NCBI RefSeq assembly: GCF_006345805.1
Contig: NC_043001.1
Coordinates: forward strand, 85,312,001-85,376,000
DNA: 64,000 nucleotides
Reading direction: 5' to 3'
Source of the DNA: Octopus sinensis
Taxonomy: Eukaryota
The position numbers were made by a program, and so were the translations under genes. This document shows, one piece after another, positions 26,873 to 41,199 of this stretch. Under the pieces are notes generated by a model. It saw nothing but the letters and a program-made list of their open reading frames with translations. It searched no databases and had not been told where the DNA came from. Numbering within the stretch: the stretch's first letter is position 1; every line of letters starts with the position of its first letter.

Positions 26873-29395
26873 TGTGAAATAGAAAGATGAATAATCTTGT
26901 AGTAGATTAATCAACAGTTTAACCGATACCTTAGTAGCAAAAATCACAGCAGTAAACAGCACGGTTGGAGGTACAACCATCTGGCGTTGCAACCGTGCGT
27001 TGGTGCGGATAATTGAAATTAAAACATTATTGAAATTAAAACATTATTGGTGAATTCAAATGAGAACTCAGCCGCTTAGCCCCAAGCAACCCAGATTTAT
27101 AGTGAAGGACCATAAACCTAACTTCCACACCAACCCAGCGCTAAGACTCATATGCCCTGCTAGATCTGATATCGGGATAATCAGTAAGTACATTTTAGAT
27201 AAATATATCCCTAGTTTAGTAAACAAGCTGAAGCTCAGCCTCTGGGCCAACTCCTCGTAGGTAGTGAAGTGGTTCTCCTCCATCCCCAATAAGAACCGTA
27301 CTAGGTTCATTCAGTTTGATATCGCCAGCTTCTACCCCTCGATTAAGCCTAGTGTGCTAAATAAGGCCCTCTGGCATGCTCACAACAAGGCTGGCCTCAC
27401 CAGAGAAGAGATAGATATCATTTTAGTTGCCAGGAAATCGTTTATTAAGTTTGATAATAAGTTGTGGATCCGTAAAGATACTCCCAATGAATTTGATGTG
27501 CCTATGGGTAGTTCGGATAGTGCGCAGATAGCCGATTTGGTCGGAATATATATTCTCTACGAATTGTCCGATCAATTCCCGGAGATCGCGGGCGGCCTGT
27601 ATCGTGACGATTGTCTGTTTTACCTGCAAAACACCACGAACAGAATAGTGCAGAAAACTAAGAGCAGGTTAGCTAGGTTTTTTAATAGAATGGGCATGAG
27701 TATAGTTTTTGATAATGAACTCACCAAGGCTAATTTCCTAGACGTTACAATTAACCTTAATAGCGACTCATACTGCCCTTACCATAAGCCTTCCACTAAT
27801 TTGAAGTATGTCAGTGTCTTCTCAAATCATGCCAAAACCGTAACAGACAATTTGGTTAAAAACATCTCTCTAAGATTGTCTGGCTTGTCCGCCAGTGCCG
27901 ATATTTTTATGCAGAAAGCGGAATTTTATAACGCCGCACTATCCAAGGCCGGTTATAGGCAGAAGGTAATTTATATTGATCCGGCCCTTCCGATGCCATC
28001 ATTCGGTCATCAGGATAGGGCCGTATATAATAACATTAACATTTTAAGTAAGGACGGGAGCGCGGCGGATGCCGGGGTAGTCGCTCCCGCATTTAATTTA
28101 GCGAACAAGGATAATTATCGGTCCGGGAGGTCTTACACTAACCCAAGACCCGTTATTCATCCGAGAATCACCCACCCGAATGCGAGAGCTGGCGTCCCGA
28201 CCCATCACACTGATAGGAATAAGCATATATGGTTTGTAATCCCCTTTGGTAAGCAGATTAGAACTAACCTCCCCCTCATGTTTAGACAAGCCATCGCCAA
28301 TAACTTCCCCAGAAATTCCAATATTACTCCACGGTTAACTCACATAAAGTTAGGATAGCTTTCTCCAACACTAAAAACCTCGCCCAGATAATCGCCTCCC
28401 ATAATAATAGGCTACTTACTAAGACCCTATCACCTTTTTCCGGAGGCACAGCCTCTTCCGCTCCCGGTTTAATGCTCAGTAGGAATAATTATAGTAGTAA
28501 TAATGATATAAGAGCCAGTACAGTGACACATAATCTCAGCTCCAGCCAGGGAGTACCCACTAGGGGTATAGTTATAAATAGGGGTGTTGTGGTTGACGGT
28601 AACAAAGGGAGTAGGGTAGAGAGCCCCATTAGCATCCCCAGCATCATTTCCCGCAATAGCAGTACCACGGGCAGTAGCAATGACAGCACTCTGATAGATA
28701 GTGGAGAATCAGGGGTTATTCCTATAGTTAATAGTGACGTAGTGGAAAATAGAGTAGTAAGCGGCTGCAGGTCTCGGAACGAATATAGTGACAGGAACGC
28801 AGTTCTAATTTCAGAAACCAATCCTAGCAGATTAAGATTCACGTCGGCGAACTCCAAGATCAAAAACGCCGTCTACCAATGCAAGGTTTACACGGACTCA
28901 GATGCCTTCACTTATGTAGGGGCATCATCCTCAAGATTGTCTTTGCGTGTCTCCAACCATTACGCAACTTTTCGGGACGTGAACAAGCGCCAGACCACGG
29001 GACTCAGTAAGCTAATATGGCGACTGAAGGATGCGAACTTAAGCTATAGGCTGGAATGGTCAATTTTGTCGGTGGCCCTCCCATTTGATAGGGGCAGAAG
29101 ACAGTGCAACCTTTGTGTCTCCGAACTCTTCCATATTTTGTTTGCCAGAGGCCGGATGGTAAACGGGCTCTTACAGTCGGCTTTTCGATGCCCCCATTGG
29201 CGGCGTTACACTTATCTGGCCTTTAAATAGCGTTTATAAATAATACCGGCACCCATAGCCCTTGGTAACAAATTCTGAAATAGCCTTTAAGATATCTACG
29301 ATTGAACACTGCAAGGGGAATTACTCCTGTAAGACAAACGGGGCTTGGTTTTTTCACAGCGGGGGGTTTCCTTGACAAGGTAGGCTTAGATGAAC
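26873..29395 (+). mobile_element. Penelope-like retroelement (RT + C-terminal GIY-YIG), 5'-truncated, with one nonsense codon and one frameshift
   Basis: ORFs 27060-27260, 27264-28358 and 28472-29230 join into one protein: VKDHKPNF..LRLICPA, FDIASFYPSI, MGSSDSAQIADLVG, GLYRDD, FLDVT, SNH, IWF, then NAVY-x-TYVG, CNLC, CPH. Bracketed by TA/CA tracts. Confidence 0.92.
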
Positions 29396-29649
29396 ACACA
29401 CACACATAAAACATAATATATATATATAATTTTTTTATTTTTTTCTTTCTGCCACCCAACGGTTATCACGGCAGTAGCCACTGACAGCCGAACGATCAAA
29501 CGCACACACGTACACAAAAATGTTTTCTACCCCTACGCCAACACACACATATATAGAACAGTATACACACACACACGTCTCTAAGTAGATTTTTTCTCGC
29601 CACTTATAAAACATCCAATATTCTTTAAATAGTCAGAACTTTATTCTCG

Positions 29650-29880
29650 GTCACAAAGAACATCTATACACCCTCACCCACATGATTGACCGATGCCTGA
29701 CCCGTTGAATTCTTCAGCCACCGGTTCTCAACATACACTGATAAACAGTTTCGCCATGGGCTCTTAGGAGCACAGTTCGATTTGTTTTTTGCTCCGCCTC
29801 TGTTCTGTTTTTGTTTTTCCAACGGATTTCCTTTTTTCTTCCTGAAGAGAAAGACACAATATGGTCCCATTATTCAATCG
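29650..29880 (-). mobile_element. Possible mariner transposase N-terminal remnant
   Basis: Frameshifted LLRAHGET / SVYVENRWLKNSTGQASV loosely resembles the mariner L.KAYGE..S...V..W...F..G..S HTH region. Confidence 0.3.
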
Positions 29881-29971
29881 GATTTTGGTAATTTGTGCCT
29901 TTCGAAACACGTGTAGAATGAAATAAAACGATTTCTGTTCAATCTGCGTTCAGCTCCATTTCTTCAATTCA

Positions 29972-31317
<1,346 letters not shown>

Positions 31318-31444
31318 TTTAGAGCTGAGAGTTTGTCTTGTGGCTCGAGTTTCACGCAGAGGCGATCTTAGGCGATGATCGCACGGTGAGACATAATGTT
31401 CGTTTCAATTTTGATTAAAAAACTATACATATTGTTTTATTATT

Positions 31445-32215
31445 TTACTTGTTTCAGTCATTTGACTGCGGCCATGCTCGAGCATAGCCTTTACTTGAGC
31501 AAATCGACCCCAGGACTTATTCTTTGTAAGCCTAGTACTTATTTATCGGCCTGTTTTGCCGAACCGGTAAGATATGGGGACGTAAACACACCAGCATCGG
31601 TTGTCAAGCGATGTTGGGGGGCAAACACAGTAACACAAACATATACACCCACATACATATATATATATATATATATACGACGGGCCTCTTTCAATTTCCG
31701 TCTACCAAATCCACTCACAAGGCTATGGTCGGCCCAAGGCTATAGTTGAAACACTTGCCCGAGGTGCCACACAGTGGCACTGAACCCGAAACCATGTGGT
31801 TGGTAAGCAAGCTACTTTCCACACAGCCACTCCTGCGCCTAGGTATATGTTTGGATTTTTAATTCTTTAACTTGTTTCAGCCATTTGCCTGCGGCCATGC
31901 TGGAGTACCACCTTTAGTCGGAGAAATTGACCCCAAGACTTATTCTTTATAAGCCTAGTACTTATTCTATCGGTGTCTTTGCTAAATCACTAACCGTAAA
32001 CATGCCAACATCGGTTGTGGAGCGATGGTGGTGGGACAAACCCGGACCAATACATACGACGGGCGTCTTTCAGTTTCCGTCTACCAAATCCTCTCACAAG
32101 CATTTGGTTGGCCCGATGCTATATTAGAAGATACTTGCCCAAGGTACCAAGCAGTAGGACTGAACTCGGAACCACGTGGTTGGTAAGAATGCTTCTTACC
32201 ATACAGCTAAGCCTA
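31445..32215 (-). mobile_element. Two head-to-tail family B SINEs
   Basis: Reverse-complement matches to the family B consensus at ~31445-31840 and ~31870-32215. Confidence 0.85.
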
Positions 32216-32859
32216 TATATATATATATATATATATGCACACACACACACACGAAGAGACAGAGAAAGATGGAGCGTGAGAGAACTTTTTGTGAACTTAA
32301 AATTTGACATAAATATTTACCATGATAACACAGCTTCATGTCTGACACTGGTGTACAGTTAAAATATGTTATTATCAATATGAAGTGTTAACCCTTGTAC
32401 TACAGAGCAGGAGTCAGCGCCGGCCGGACCAATTTCGAGATATGGTTTCCATTTTCTCTTCAATGCTCTCATTTTTTCACTCTTACACCAGTTTCAATTA
32501 CTTACAAAAATATAATCTTACTTTAGCTTCTCCGAATTCTTGCGAATAAGCATTGCATTGATAGCGAAACTAAAGGTGTTAGGTCAAATACATAATTATT
32601 ATTTAGCGTGCAGTCGCTCGTTTTATAGTCTGTCTCAGTTACGAACGGTATTATGTTAGGTTTGAAAATGTGCGTTCCTATGCAATGGAGAGTCGAGCGA
32701 CCTGCTGTTTCAGCCCAAAGCGTTTTTCAACAAAGGAAACGTTTATATTCTTGTTAGCACTGAGCATGTAAGTTAACATAGAGAAGCAACAGAATCTTAA
32801 TCAATGGCTAAAGATTTACAATTCTATACAGCAATATCGCATATACATGTATACATACA

Positions 32860-33062
32860 TACAGAGGGAGAGAGAGAGAGAGAAAAGGAGAAAAGAAGAA
32901 GAAGAAGAAGGAGGAGGAGGAGGAGGAGGATGAGGAGGAGATGAAGAAGAAGGAGAAGAAGAAGAAGAAGAAGAAGAAGAAGAGAAGAAGAAGAAGAAGA
33001 AGAAGAACAACAACAACAACAAGGACAAGAACAAGAACGAGAGGTCGGAGAACGAGAGAGAT
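32860..33062. repeat. (GA)n/(GAA)n/(GAG)n/(CAA)n purine-rich microsatellite mosaic
   Basis: Direct reading. Confidence 0.95.
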
Positions 33063-33948
33063 ATAAAGATATGTATGTAGGAATGTATGTATACATACAT
33101 ATAGTGAACTACAAGCATGAGGCAGGTGTCTACTAATGTTATCTGAACACGAACTAATGCGTGTTTCTGAATGAGTATTAAAGATGGTTAGTGTGGTCGA
33201 TTTGGCGGTAGCAGACTGTTTTTTCATTCTTCTTCATGCTTTTGCTACTCTTGACATTGTAGTGATTATAGTAGTTTTAGTACAATTTTTTTGCTATATT
33301 TCAATATTTTAATAATGCATTAGCTAGTATTTGTTTTGTGGGATATTGTTTTTGTTTATTGTTTTCAGTTTCCTTCCTGTCTTCGTAGCTTTTGTAGTTG
33401 TAGCATACAGGAACAGAAAAAAAAGAAAGGAAAAAAGACAGAAAGAAAGAACTAAAGAAAAAGGAGACAAAAAGGAAAGACATGCAAATTAGAAAAAAAA
33501 ATAAAAGAGAGAGAGAAATGAAGATTTGAAGAAATAAATCAGAAATGAAAAAATAAAAAATAATGAAAGAGGGAAAGAAAGATGAAGCAAGAGAATAAAC
33601 GGATTTAAAAATTAAAAAAGAAAACAATTAAAACTTAAAAGAAAGAATGAATGATGCTTGAGACACAAAACTGAAGAAGAATGACGCTGAAAGTGAAAAT
33701 AGGGGCAGACATAGCTCTGTGGTTAAGGAATGAACCCGAAAACAGGTCGTTTCATGTTCACTCCTACTATAGCCCATGGCCGAAAAATCCGTTGTAAGTA
33801 AATTTGGTAGACAACCTGCGTGGAAGACTGTCGTAAATATATATATATATATATATATTTCAACAATTGAGGGTAAAATTAATTAATTAATCAATTTCAC
33901 CAAGTATTCAGTATGCAAAGGGACCATTTAAGGCGAATTCAAATTATT

Positions 33949-34266
33949 ACATTATATAAAAGGGCTTAGTAAAATAAATTACTTTGCCGCATACTGAACT
34001 CATTAGAAATAGCAGCTAAAAAAACTTTTTTAAAACTATTTCTAATACTTAAAGAAAACCTCTCTCATATAGTGTTTGCTCAATTCAACTCACGCAAATA
34101 TGTCTCTACCCCCATATTTGCGTGAGTTGAATTGAGCAAACACTATATGAGAGAGGTTTTCTTTAAGTATTAGAAATAGTTTTAAAAAAGTTTTTTTAGC
34201 TGCTATTTCTAATGAGTTCAGTATGCGGCAAAGTAATTTATTTTACTAAGCCCTTTTATATAATGT
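33949..34266. repeat. Perfect inverted repeat: 154-bp arms, 10-nt spacer
   Basis: 33949-34102 equals the reverse complement of 34113-34266 by manual comparison; spacer TCTCTACCCC. Confidence 0.95.
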
Positions 34267-35249
34267 TATATATATATATATATATATATACATGTGTGTG
34301 TGTGTGTGTGTTCGCGTGCGTGTGTGCTTGTGTGTGTGTGTGTGTTCGCGCGCGTGTGTGCTTGTGTGTGTGTGTGAATGTAAGTATGCATATATATATA
34401 TATATATATTAATGTATGTATATGTGCGTGAGTATTTTGTGTGTCTTTGTTTCGGTGTTGATTTGTTTACTTCTCTGTAACTAAGGGAATAAGTAGCAGA
34501 TTTTAAAGTAAGTACCGGAGGTGAACTCTTTCGTTAGAAAATTCAAAGTGTTGTTCTAACATAGTCACAGTCTAATGACTGAAACAAGTAAACGATATAC
34601 GGTGAACGTGAAGGCATAAAGAAATACACTGAAAGATATAGAAAGTATAAATAAGCAGATACATAGTTTAGAGTATAGTCTCTTAAGAAACCCTAACACT
34701 CAAAACATGAGAGATTAATCTAGTTCCCATGCCGTATAAGTTACTTAGATTATGACACTCCCGCAGGATGTCACGCCGGTCCGTCGTAGAGGGAACTTCT
34801 TAGCTATTACTGAAACAGTTTCACAGATAAGTGAACTGGAATGAAGTGTTTTGCTCAAGAACCAATATCAGCCTCTTCGGAGTCTAATATTGTGTGTGTG
34901 TGTTTGTGAGTGAGTGTGTGTGTGTATGTGTGTGTGCGTGCGTGTGTGTACGTTTACTTGTGTGAGTCTCTTTGTTTGTGCTCCAAACATTTGACAATGG
35001 CGTTGCTCTGGTTATGTCCCCGTAAACAAACGGTTCGACAAAATAATACCAGACTTCAAAAGAATCATAAGTACAGTGATTTTCACATTCGAATAAAAAC
35101 CATTAAGGCATTACTCCAGCATGGCCAAAATTCAATGACTGAAACACGTAAAGAAGATTAAGAAGAAAGGAAACAATAAATGTAAGAAAGGATTTCATAG
35201 AGCGAGAAGGGGAAAATTCCAGATAGGCCGACAATCAGATAATATAATA

Positions 35250-35462
35250 GAGTAATCTCTTGCCATATCGCGGTTCACCTATCGCGGTTTATTATATAAG
35301 CTTACTTTGATTCCTCTGTGGTGTTATTTTGCCTTTATAATAAAATATATACAAATTATAAAAATATTATATATATAGTACAGTACTGTTTCTACTTCAC
35401 GGATTTTCATGTATCGCGGGTTTTTTTGGAACATAACACCCGCGATAGTCGAGGGATTACTG
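35250..35462. mobile_element. Tigger/pogo-like MITE
   Basis: Left TA-GAGTAATCTCTTGCCATATCGCGG versus right (reverse complement) TA-CAGTAATCCCTCGACTATCGCGG; TA flanks. Confidence 0.7.
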
Positions 35463-35514
35463 TATAGAAAATAATTCAAACTAGTGTAAAGGAATATACA
35501 GTTAAAGACAGAAA

Positions 35515-35548
<34 letters not shown>

Positions 35549-36444
35549 TATTATTATTATTACTACTGTATCTCGAATATTGAGTTTAAAAACTACTTTG
35601 GATAGGAAAAGTCGAAGGCTGTACGTGGGAATCGTGCCAGCATCTGTATTTGAGTTTCAATATTCCGAAAACTAATTATTTCTATTTCCTCTCTATGTTT
35701 CAAAATTCGTAACATGTCAGCATCGAATAAAGTTTCTAAATCCGAATAAAGTTTTGAAGGTGCAACAGGAAATTCGAAATATTGCTTTGGCCAAATGATA
35801 GAACGTCTCTTTACGGAAGATGTGAGTCGAAATTCTTCTGGCGTCTTTCGACTTCTATCCAAGTGATGTTGTAACCTAATATTTTTGCACCTAACCTATT
35901 ACGACGGCGAACTGGTAGGCTAGTCTGCATCCCAGGAAAATTCCTTAGCTGCGTTATGTCGGTTTTTATATTCTGAGTTCAAATTCTGCCAAGGTGCACT
36001 TTGCTATTCATCCTTTCGGCGTCGACAAAATAAGTACCAGTTGAACATTTGAAATTGCCTGTCTTATTTAAACAATTTGAAACTAATATTTTCACACTAT
36101 TATTTACAGCTTGATTTAAACGTTGCAGAAGAGAATTGTTTTTCGTTCATCTCGAAGTTTCTAAATTCTGATGATGTAAAGAGATAGAATGAATAAATAA
36201 ATGTGAGAAGGACAGAAAGATAAATGTAAGTTAACAGAATGTAAAAGCACAATTAGCAAACATGTAGGGAATTAAAGAATTAACGAGTGAGTAGAAAAGG
36301 AGGAACAATATGGAGATACTAAGAAAGAGAAATACAAATAAAGAAAAGCACAAGAAATAATGAATGAGTATATGATGAAATGAGTGAAACATTTGGAGAG
36401 TTCAATTTACAGTATGATAAATAGAAAGGACGAATAAATGAAGG

Positions 36445-36672
36445 CGGCGACATGGCAGAATCGTTAGCAAGCCGGGCGAAATGCTTAGCGGTATTTCTTC
36501 TGCCGCTACGTTCTGAGTTCAAATTCCGCCGAGGTCCACTTTGCCTCTCATCCTTTCGGGGTCGATTAAATAAGCACCAGTTACGCACTGGAGTCCATAT
36601 AATCAACTTAATCCGTTTGTCTGTCCTTGTTTGTCCCCTCTATGTTTAGCCCCTTATGGGCGATCAAGAAAT
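36445..36672 (+). mobile_element. Family A SINE
   Basis: Full head and body match to the family A consensus. Confidence 0.85.
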
Positions 36673-36689
36673 AAGAATGGAAGAATATA

Positions 36690-37520
36690 AAACAAATGAA
36701 AGGGGAAATTATGAACGGAAAATGAAAAGACAAAATGAATGAAAGACAAAAATCAAGGAAAGAAATAAATAAAAGGAAGACAAAAGAAATGTAAAATGAG
36801 AATGGCGCACAGAAAGAAGAAAAAAGAAAAGAAATATCCATAGAGAGAAGAAAGAACGAAAGAAGTAGATGAAAAAAGAAATAATGAATAGAAGAAATAA
36901 GAATGAATGAATGAAAAAGAAAGACGCAGAAACATGGTAAATGAATGAGATGTTGTGTGAATTAACTATAAGAGGGTAAAAATAAAAATGAGAGAAGGAA
37001 AAAGTGTTGAAAGAATTAAAGTAAGAAAATCAAGAAATATTGTAAGGCTGAAAGAAAGAATGAAAACGAAAAGAGTGAAGGAAAGAAAGAAAGAAAAAGA
37101 ATGGAGTTTGAAATGAAGGAAAAATGCGAAAAGTGATAAAAAGGAATATAAAAACAAAGGAAAACACGAAACACACAAAGAAGGTAAGCAGATGTGAAAG
37201 AAAAAAAAGGAACATAAACCAGAAGAATGAATTTTGTAAACAGAAAAAGAAAGAATACCATTGAGAAAAAAGAGGTAAACAAAAAAGCAGAAATGCTGAA
37301 AGCAAAAAATAAACAAATAGATAAAATAAAAATATATAAATATGGAACAAAAGAAATAAAAAGGGAAAAGGAAAAAGTGAATGAAAGATGAAAATAAAGA
37401 ATGAAGAAAAGGAAAGAACTATATGTGAAGAAATCTCGAAAGAAGGGAAGAAAATTAGAGAGGAAAAATGAAATAGAGATAAATGGAATAATGAAATATC
37501 AAACTGAAAAGGACCATTAT
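36690..37520. repeat. ~0.8-kb A/G-rich low-complexity tract
   Basis: The plus strand is strongly dominated by A and G; this produces spurious F/L/S-rich minus ORFs. Confidence 0.9.
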
Positions 37521-37629
37521 ATGTAAGAAATCCGCTTTGCAATCACGTGGTTCCGGATTTAACCCCACTGTGAGGCATCATGGGATATTTGTTCTAAAAT
37601 GGCCTTGGATCAAATGCAGCATATTCGGT

Positions 37630-37721
37630 AAGTAATATCACAGCTGTGTCTTGAGGAATATCATTAATCGGAGTTTAGGCAAATGGTGATATATTTCCGA
37701 AAGGAGCGGATTCACGACGGA
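37630..37721 (-). pseudogene. Second coding exon remnant of the diverged S-crystallin/GST-like gene, with an in-frame stop
   Basis: CCCTTAG acceptor is phase-compatible with the upstream exon and gives (I)RRESAPFGNISPFA*TPINDIPQDTAV. W-to-PFG spacing and IPQ position match sigma GST/S-crystallin. TAA (37675-37677) sits where Glu is expected. No donor is seen before an old SINE head. Confidence 0.55.
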
Positions 37722-38313
37722 CTAAGGGCTCATCAGACAAGCAAAATATGTATAAGAAGCCTTCCTTTATAGGCTACTATTTCTTTGATGATTGTTTGAT
37801 TTATTGTGAATATTTCTTTCTGTGATTTATGTAATTTGGTGTAACTCCGAGTGACAATAAATCATATACAACTGTGTGTTTGAGTATGTGCGTCACATAT
37901 GCGCAAATGCATGTATGTATGTATAGTATGCAAGAATAGTTGACTCAGCACTTGATACAAACAAAATTATTTGTGGATTTACATTCCAGTTGCGTCCCTT
38001 TGCAACCAGATCGAATTTAGAGACGTTCAAATATGAAAAATGCACTCCATGACGTACATCTGACTCGGCTTTTTCTGCTAATCCAATTTAATTCCTTAAA
38101 ATGCTATTCTATCACGGCCCTATTCGTACGACTTGAATCCGTAAAGGTACGAAAACTAGAACAAACTCTAAATGGAATGAAAAAAGCAAAAAAGGAGGGA
38201 AAATGTTACAAAAAACCAAGAAAGAAAGGAAACCGAAAGAAGAAAGGAAGGAAGGAAAGAAGAAAGGAAGGAAATGAAGGAAGAAATGACCTTAAATGTC
38301 AGATAGTACTTAC

Positions 38314-38470
38314 TGCACCAGTCTGTTTCGGGTACCGTCTTTTCGTCAAAACTGACACCAGCGGCCGCAAGGAGCAGACGACATACATCTACATTGTCTC
38401 GTGCTGTTCCATAACCCTCACCTCCGCCACTAACATCAGTTTCACAACTGTAAAGTGTGTAGGAAGACAT
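38314..38470 (-). CDS. First coding exon of a highly diverged S-crystallin/sigma-GST-like paralogue (possibly a pseudogene)
   Basis: MSSYTLYSCETDVSGGGEGYGTARDNVDVCRLLLAAAGVSFDEKTVPETDWC aligns with [39 protein letters not shown] without gaps from R onward; ends in a perfect phase-1 donor A|GTAAGT. Confidence 0.82.
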
Positions 38471-38987
38471 TTTTATTCCTAATTTTTGCACTTGTAGTTA
38501 TAGGATCAGTCTCTTCAAAATTTCTGACTTCCGTCTCTAGATTTATCCACTTCCGGCTAAATTATAATACGCTCAGCCACCACAGATATTCTCCTTCCTT
38601 GCCTTTCATTAGTTTTTGTTTAATTGCTGTGTTATAATGTTACTTATTATGTTGTTGGTATTGCTGATTGCATACTGTTGCTGATTTCGTCACAGTTTCA
38701 AAGATGAAGGCTATATTATGAGAAGGCAATGTGAGATATGAATTCCGTAGCTATAGCAGATTAACTCCCACTGAATCTTGATGTATAGTCCTGTTTATTA
38801 CATAGATATTTCAAGACTTAGATCATTCCAGTGTTAACTATTTAAGTTTATATTTCTATCAAAGAAAAGAGGCTATTTATAAAATTGACGATACACTTCT
38901 AGTGTTAAATTCATGCTAAATGTTATATATGTGTGTGTGTGTGTAAGCATGTATGTATGCATGTGTTTTTATGCATGTGTGCGTTTC

Positions 38988-39058
<71 letters not shown>

Positions 39059-39095
39059 GTCTAACTGTCTGTCAGTCTATCTATCTATCCGTCTA

Positions 39096-39126
<31 letters not shown>

Positions 39127-39211
39127 ATCTATCTATCTATCTATCTATATATCTATCTATCTAACTATCTATTTACATATATACCTCTGTTTATAGATAT
39201 ATATTTGTTTT

Positions 39212-39260
<49 letters not shown>

Positions 39261-40479
39261 GTGTATGTGTGTGTGTATAGCGTACGTATTTATTTATATA
39301 ATACGATATATATATATATGACTGCTGCGGTTAGTGGAGGAAATAACTCGATGAAGGAAAATGATTGAAAACTGAGCTGAAGAAATACAAAGAAGTCATA
39401 TGTTGCATAAAGTTACAGTGTTAAATTGAAATAGCAATAATAAAATTACAATACGATTTATGTTAATATTAATCATAGCATGTATAAAAACATAATATTA
39501 TATACTTTTTTTAATGTAATGTTGTTGCTATTTGAACTCTAGAACTGACTGGTCGTAATCTATAGTTTAAAATTATAGCCAAGCTAGTCATACACACCCC
39601 TACGACATTCAGTGCGTAATTATTATTTCAGCTGAGTGAATAATACTGTGTATGTAAGACCAATTAGAAAACAATGCTAGAGAGCAGGAAAGTAGACCCA
39701 AACACCTCGTTAGTGTAATCGACTTCACTTAAGTTCACATAAGTTCACATAACGAATCAGATAAATACGTGTGTCGTTCTAATTTTGTACGGATTACGGA
39801 CGGTGAAAGGAAGGGGGAGCGAAGTTTCCCGACAGCATGTGTCATCTATTATTTGTTTCTTTCTTGTTTTCTTTCTTTCTTTCTGTTTTTCTCCCATTGT
39901 CTGTTAATTGTCTGCACTAGTCACACAAGAAATAATGATGACTTGTGTGTAATGAAATCTTATTGGTATATATATAATCTACTTTTTGATGATTCTCGGT
40001 ATTAAAACCGTCCTTGGTCCATTGTCAGATTTCACATAATAATCTTTAGTGATTGTTCTAACGATGTACTTTGTATTGTCTTCTTTAATTGTTGCTTAAT
40101 TATTCTGTATGCGTGTGTATGTGTGTATGTTGGTTTTAGTTTAGCACTGTCGCTAAATTGCACCACAACTGAATTTAAGAAACAAGCACAGCACGAACAC
40201 AACTAAATAAAAGCCAAAAAATTCAAATGGTAACTTGAATTTGATAAAACACATAATTATTATAAAGAATGACTTGAGGGTGAAATATATATCTTTCTAC
40301 TCAATCATATTAGAGCAGCACCTACAGGCATTTTCAAATATTCTGTAACGAGAGAATCAGGATATAGATTTAACCAGAAATCCTGAAGAACGTATGTACG
40401 AAGAAAGAATTACACGGACTCAATGCGATGAGGATCTTACTGATATAACTCAGTAAATGAATGGTTAATATGCTTGTTA

Positions 40480-40790
40480 TCTTAGAACCGTTCGGTCACA
40501 AATGACCATACGATTGCACCTAGTCCGGGCAAGGTTGTTTCATGGGTGACCAGTAGTCACCCATGTATAGCAGTTTCTCCTCTCCACTGATGTTGTCCAA
40601 GGGAAAGGCAAAGGCAGATACACTTTGTCATCAGTGACATCGCAACTCATTTGTACAGCTGAGTGAATTAGAGCAAAGGAAAATAAAGTATCTTGCTCAA
40701 GAACACAACACAGCCCAGTCCGATAATCGAACTTACTATCTCATGATTGTGAACCCGACGCTCTAACGCCTGAGCCATGCGCCTTCACAT
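40480..40790 (-). mobile_element. Family C tRNA-derived SINE
   Basis: Homologous to 12830-13192. Confidence 0.8.
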
Positions 40791-40837
40791 GCTTGGTATA
40801 GTATTGTATTTAATGGGCGGGGTATAACAGAGTCAAA

Positions 40838-41071
40838 GGCGGCGAGCTGGCAGAAATGTTAGCACGCCGGGCGAAATGCGTAGCCGTATTTCGTCTACTG
40901 TTACGTTCTGAGTTCAAATTCCGCCGAAGTCGACTTTGTCTTTCATCCTTTCGGGGTCGATTAAATACGTACCAGTTACGCACTGGGGACGATATAATCG
41001 ACTTAATCCGTTTGTCTGTCCTTGTTTGTCCTCTGTGTTTAGCCCCTTGTGGGTAGTAAAGAAATAGGTAT
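40838..41071 (+). mobile_element. Family A SINE ending in the AAAGAAATAGGTAT restart motif
   Basis: Consensus match. Confidence 0.85.
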
Positions 41072-41199
41072 AATAGAGTCAGTCAATATTCGTGGTGGTA
41101 AAAATACATAGAAATGTTATGATAAAGATACATAGAATACAAAATGCAAATAACGCAAACTTTTGACATTTGTTGTGACCGTCCGTGAAATTTCTTGTG

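Noticed and set aside
29664-29850. Strong acceptor followed by EEKRKSVGKT, superficially like the S-crystallin SEKRMRFQET exon
   Set aside because: Early stop, no suitable donor, and the downstream frames look more like a mariner N-terminus.
36608-37542. Long hydrophobic F/L/S-rich minus ORFs resembling membrane proteins
   Set aside because: By-product of a purine-rich low-complexity tract.
37700-37740. CTGATGAG on the minus strand as a hammerhead core
   Set aside because: No helix II, helix I or properly placed GAAA; the region is better explained as intron end plus a GST-like exon.
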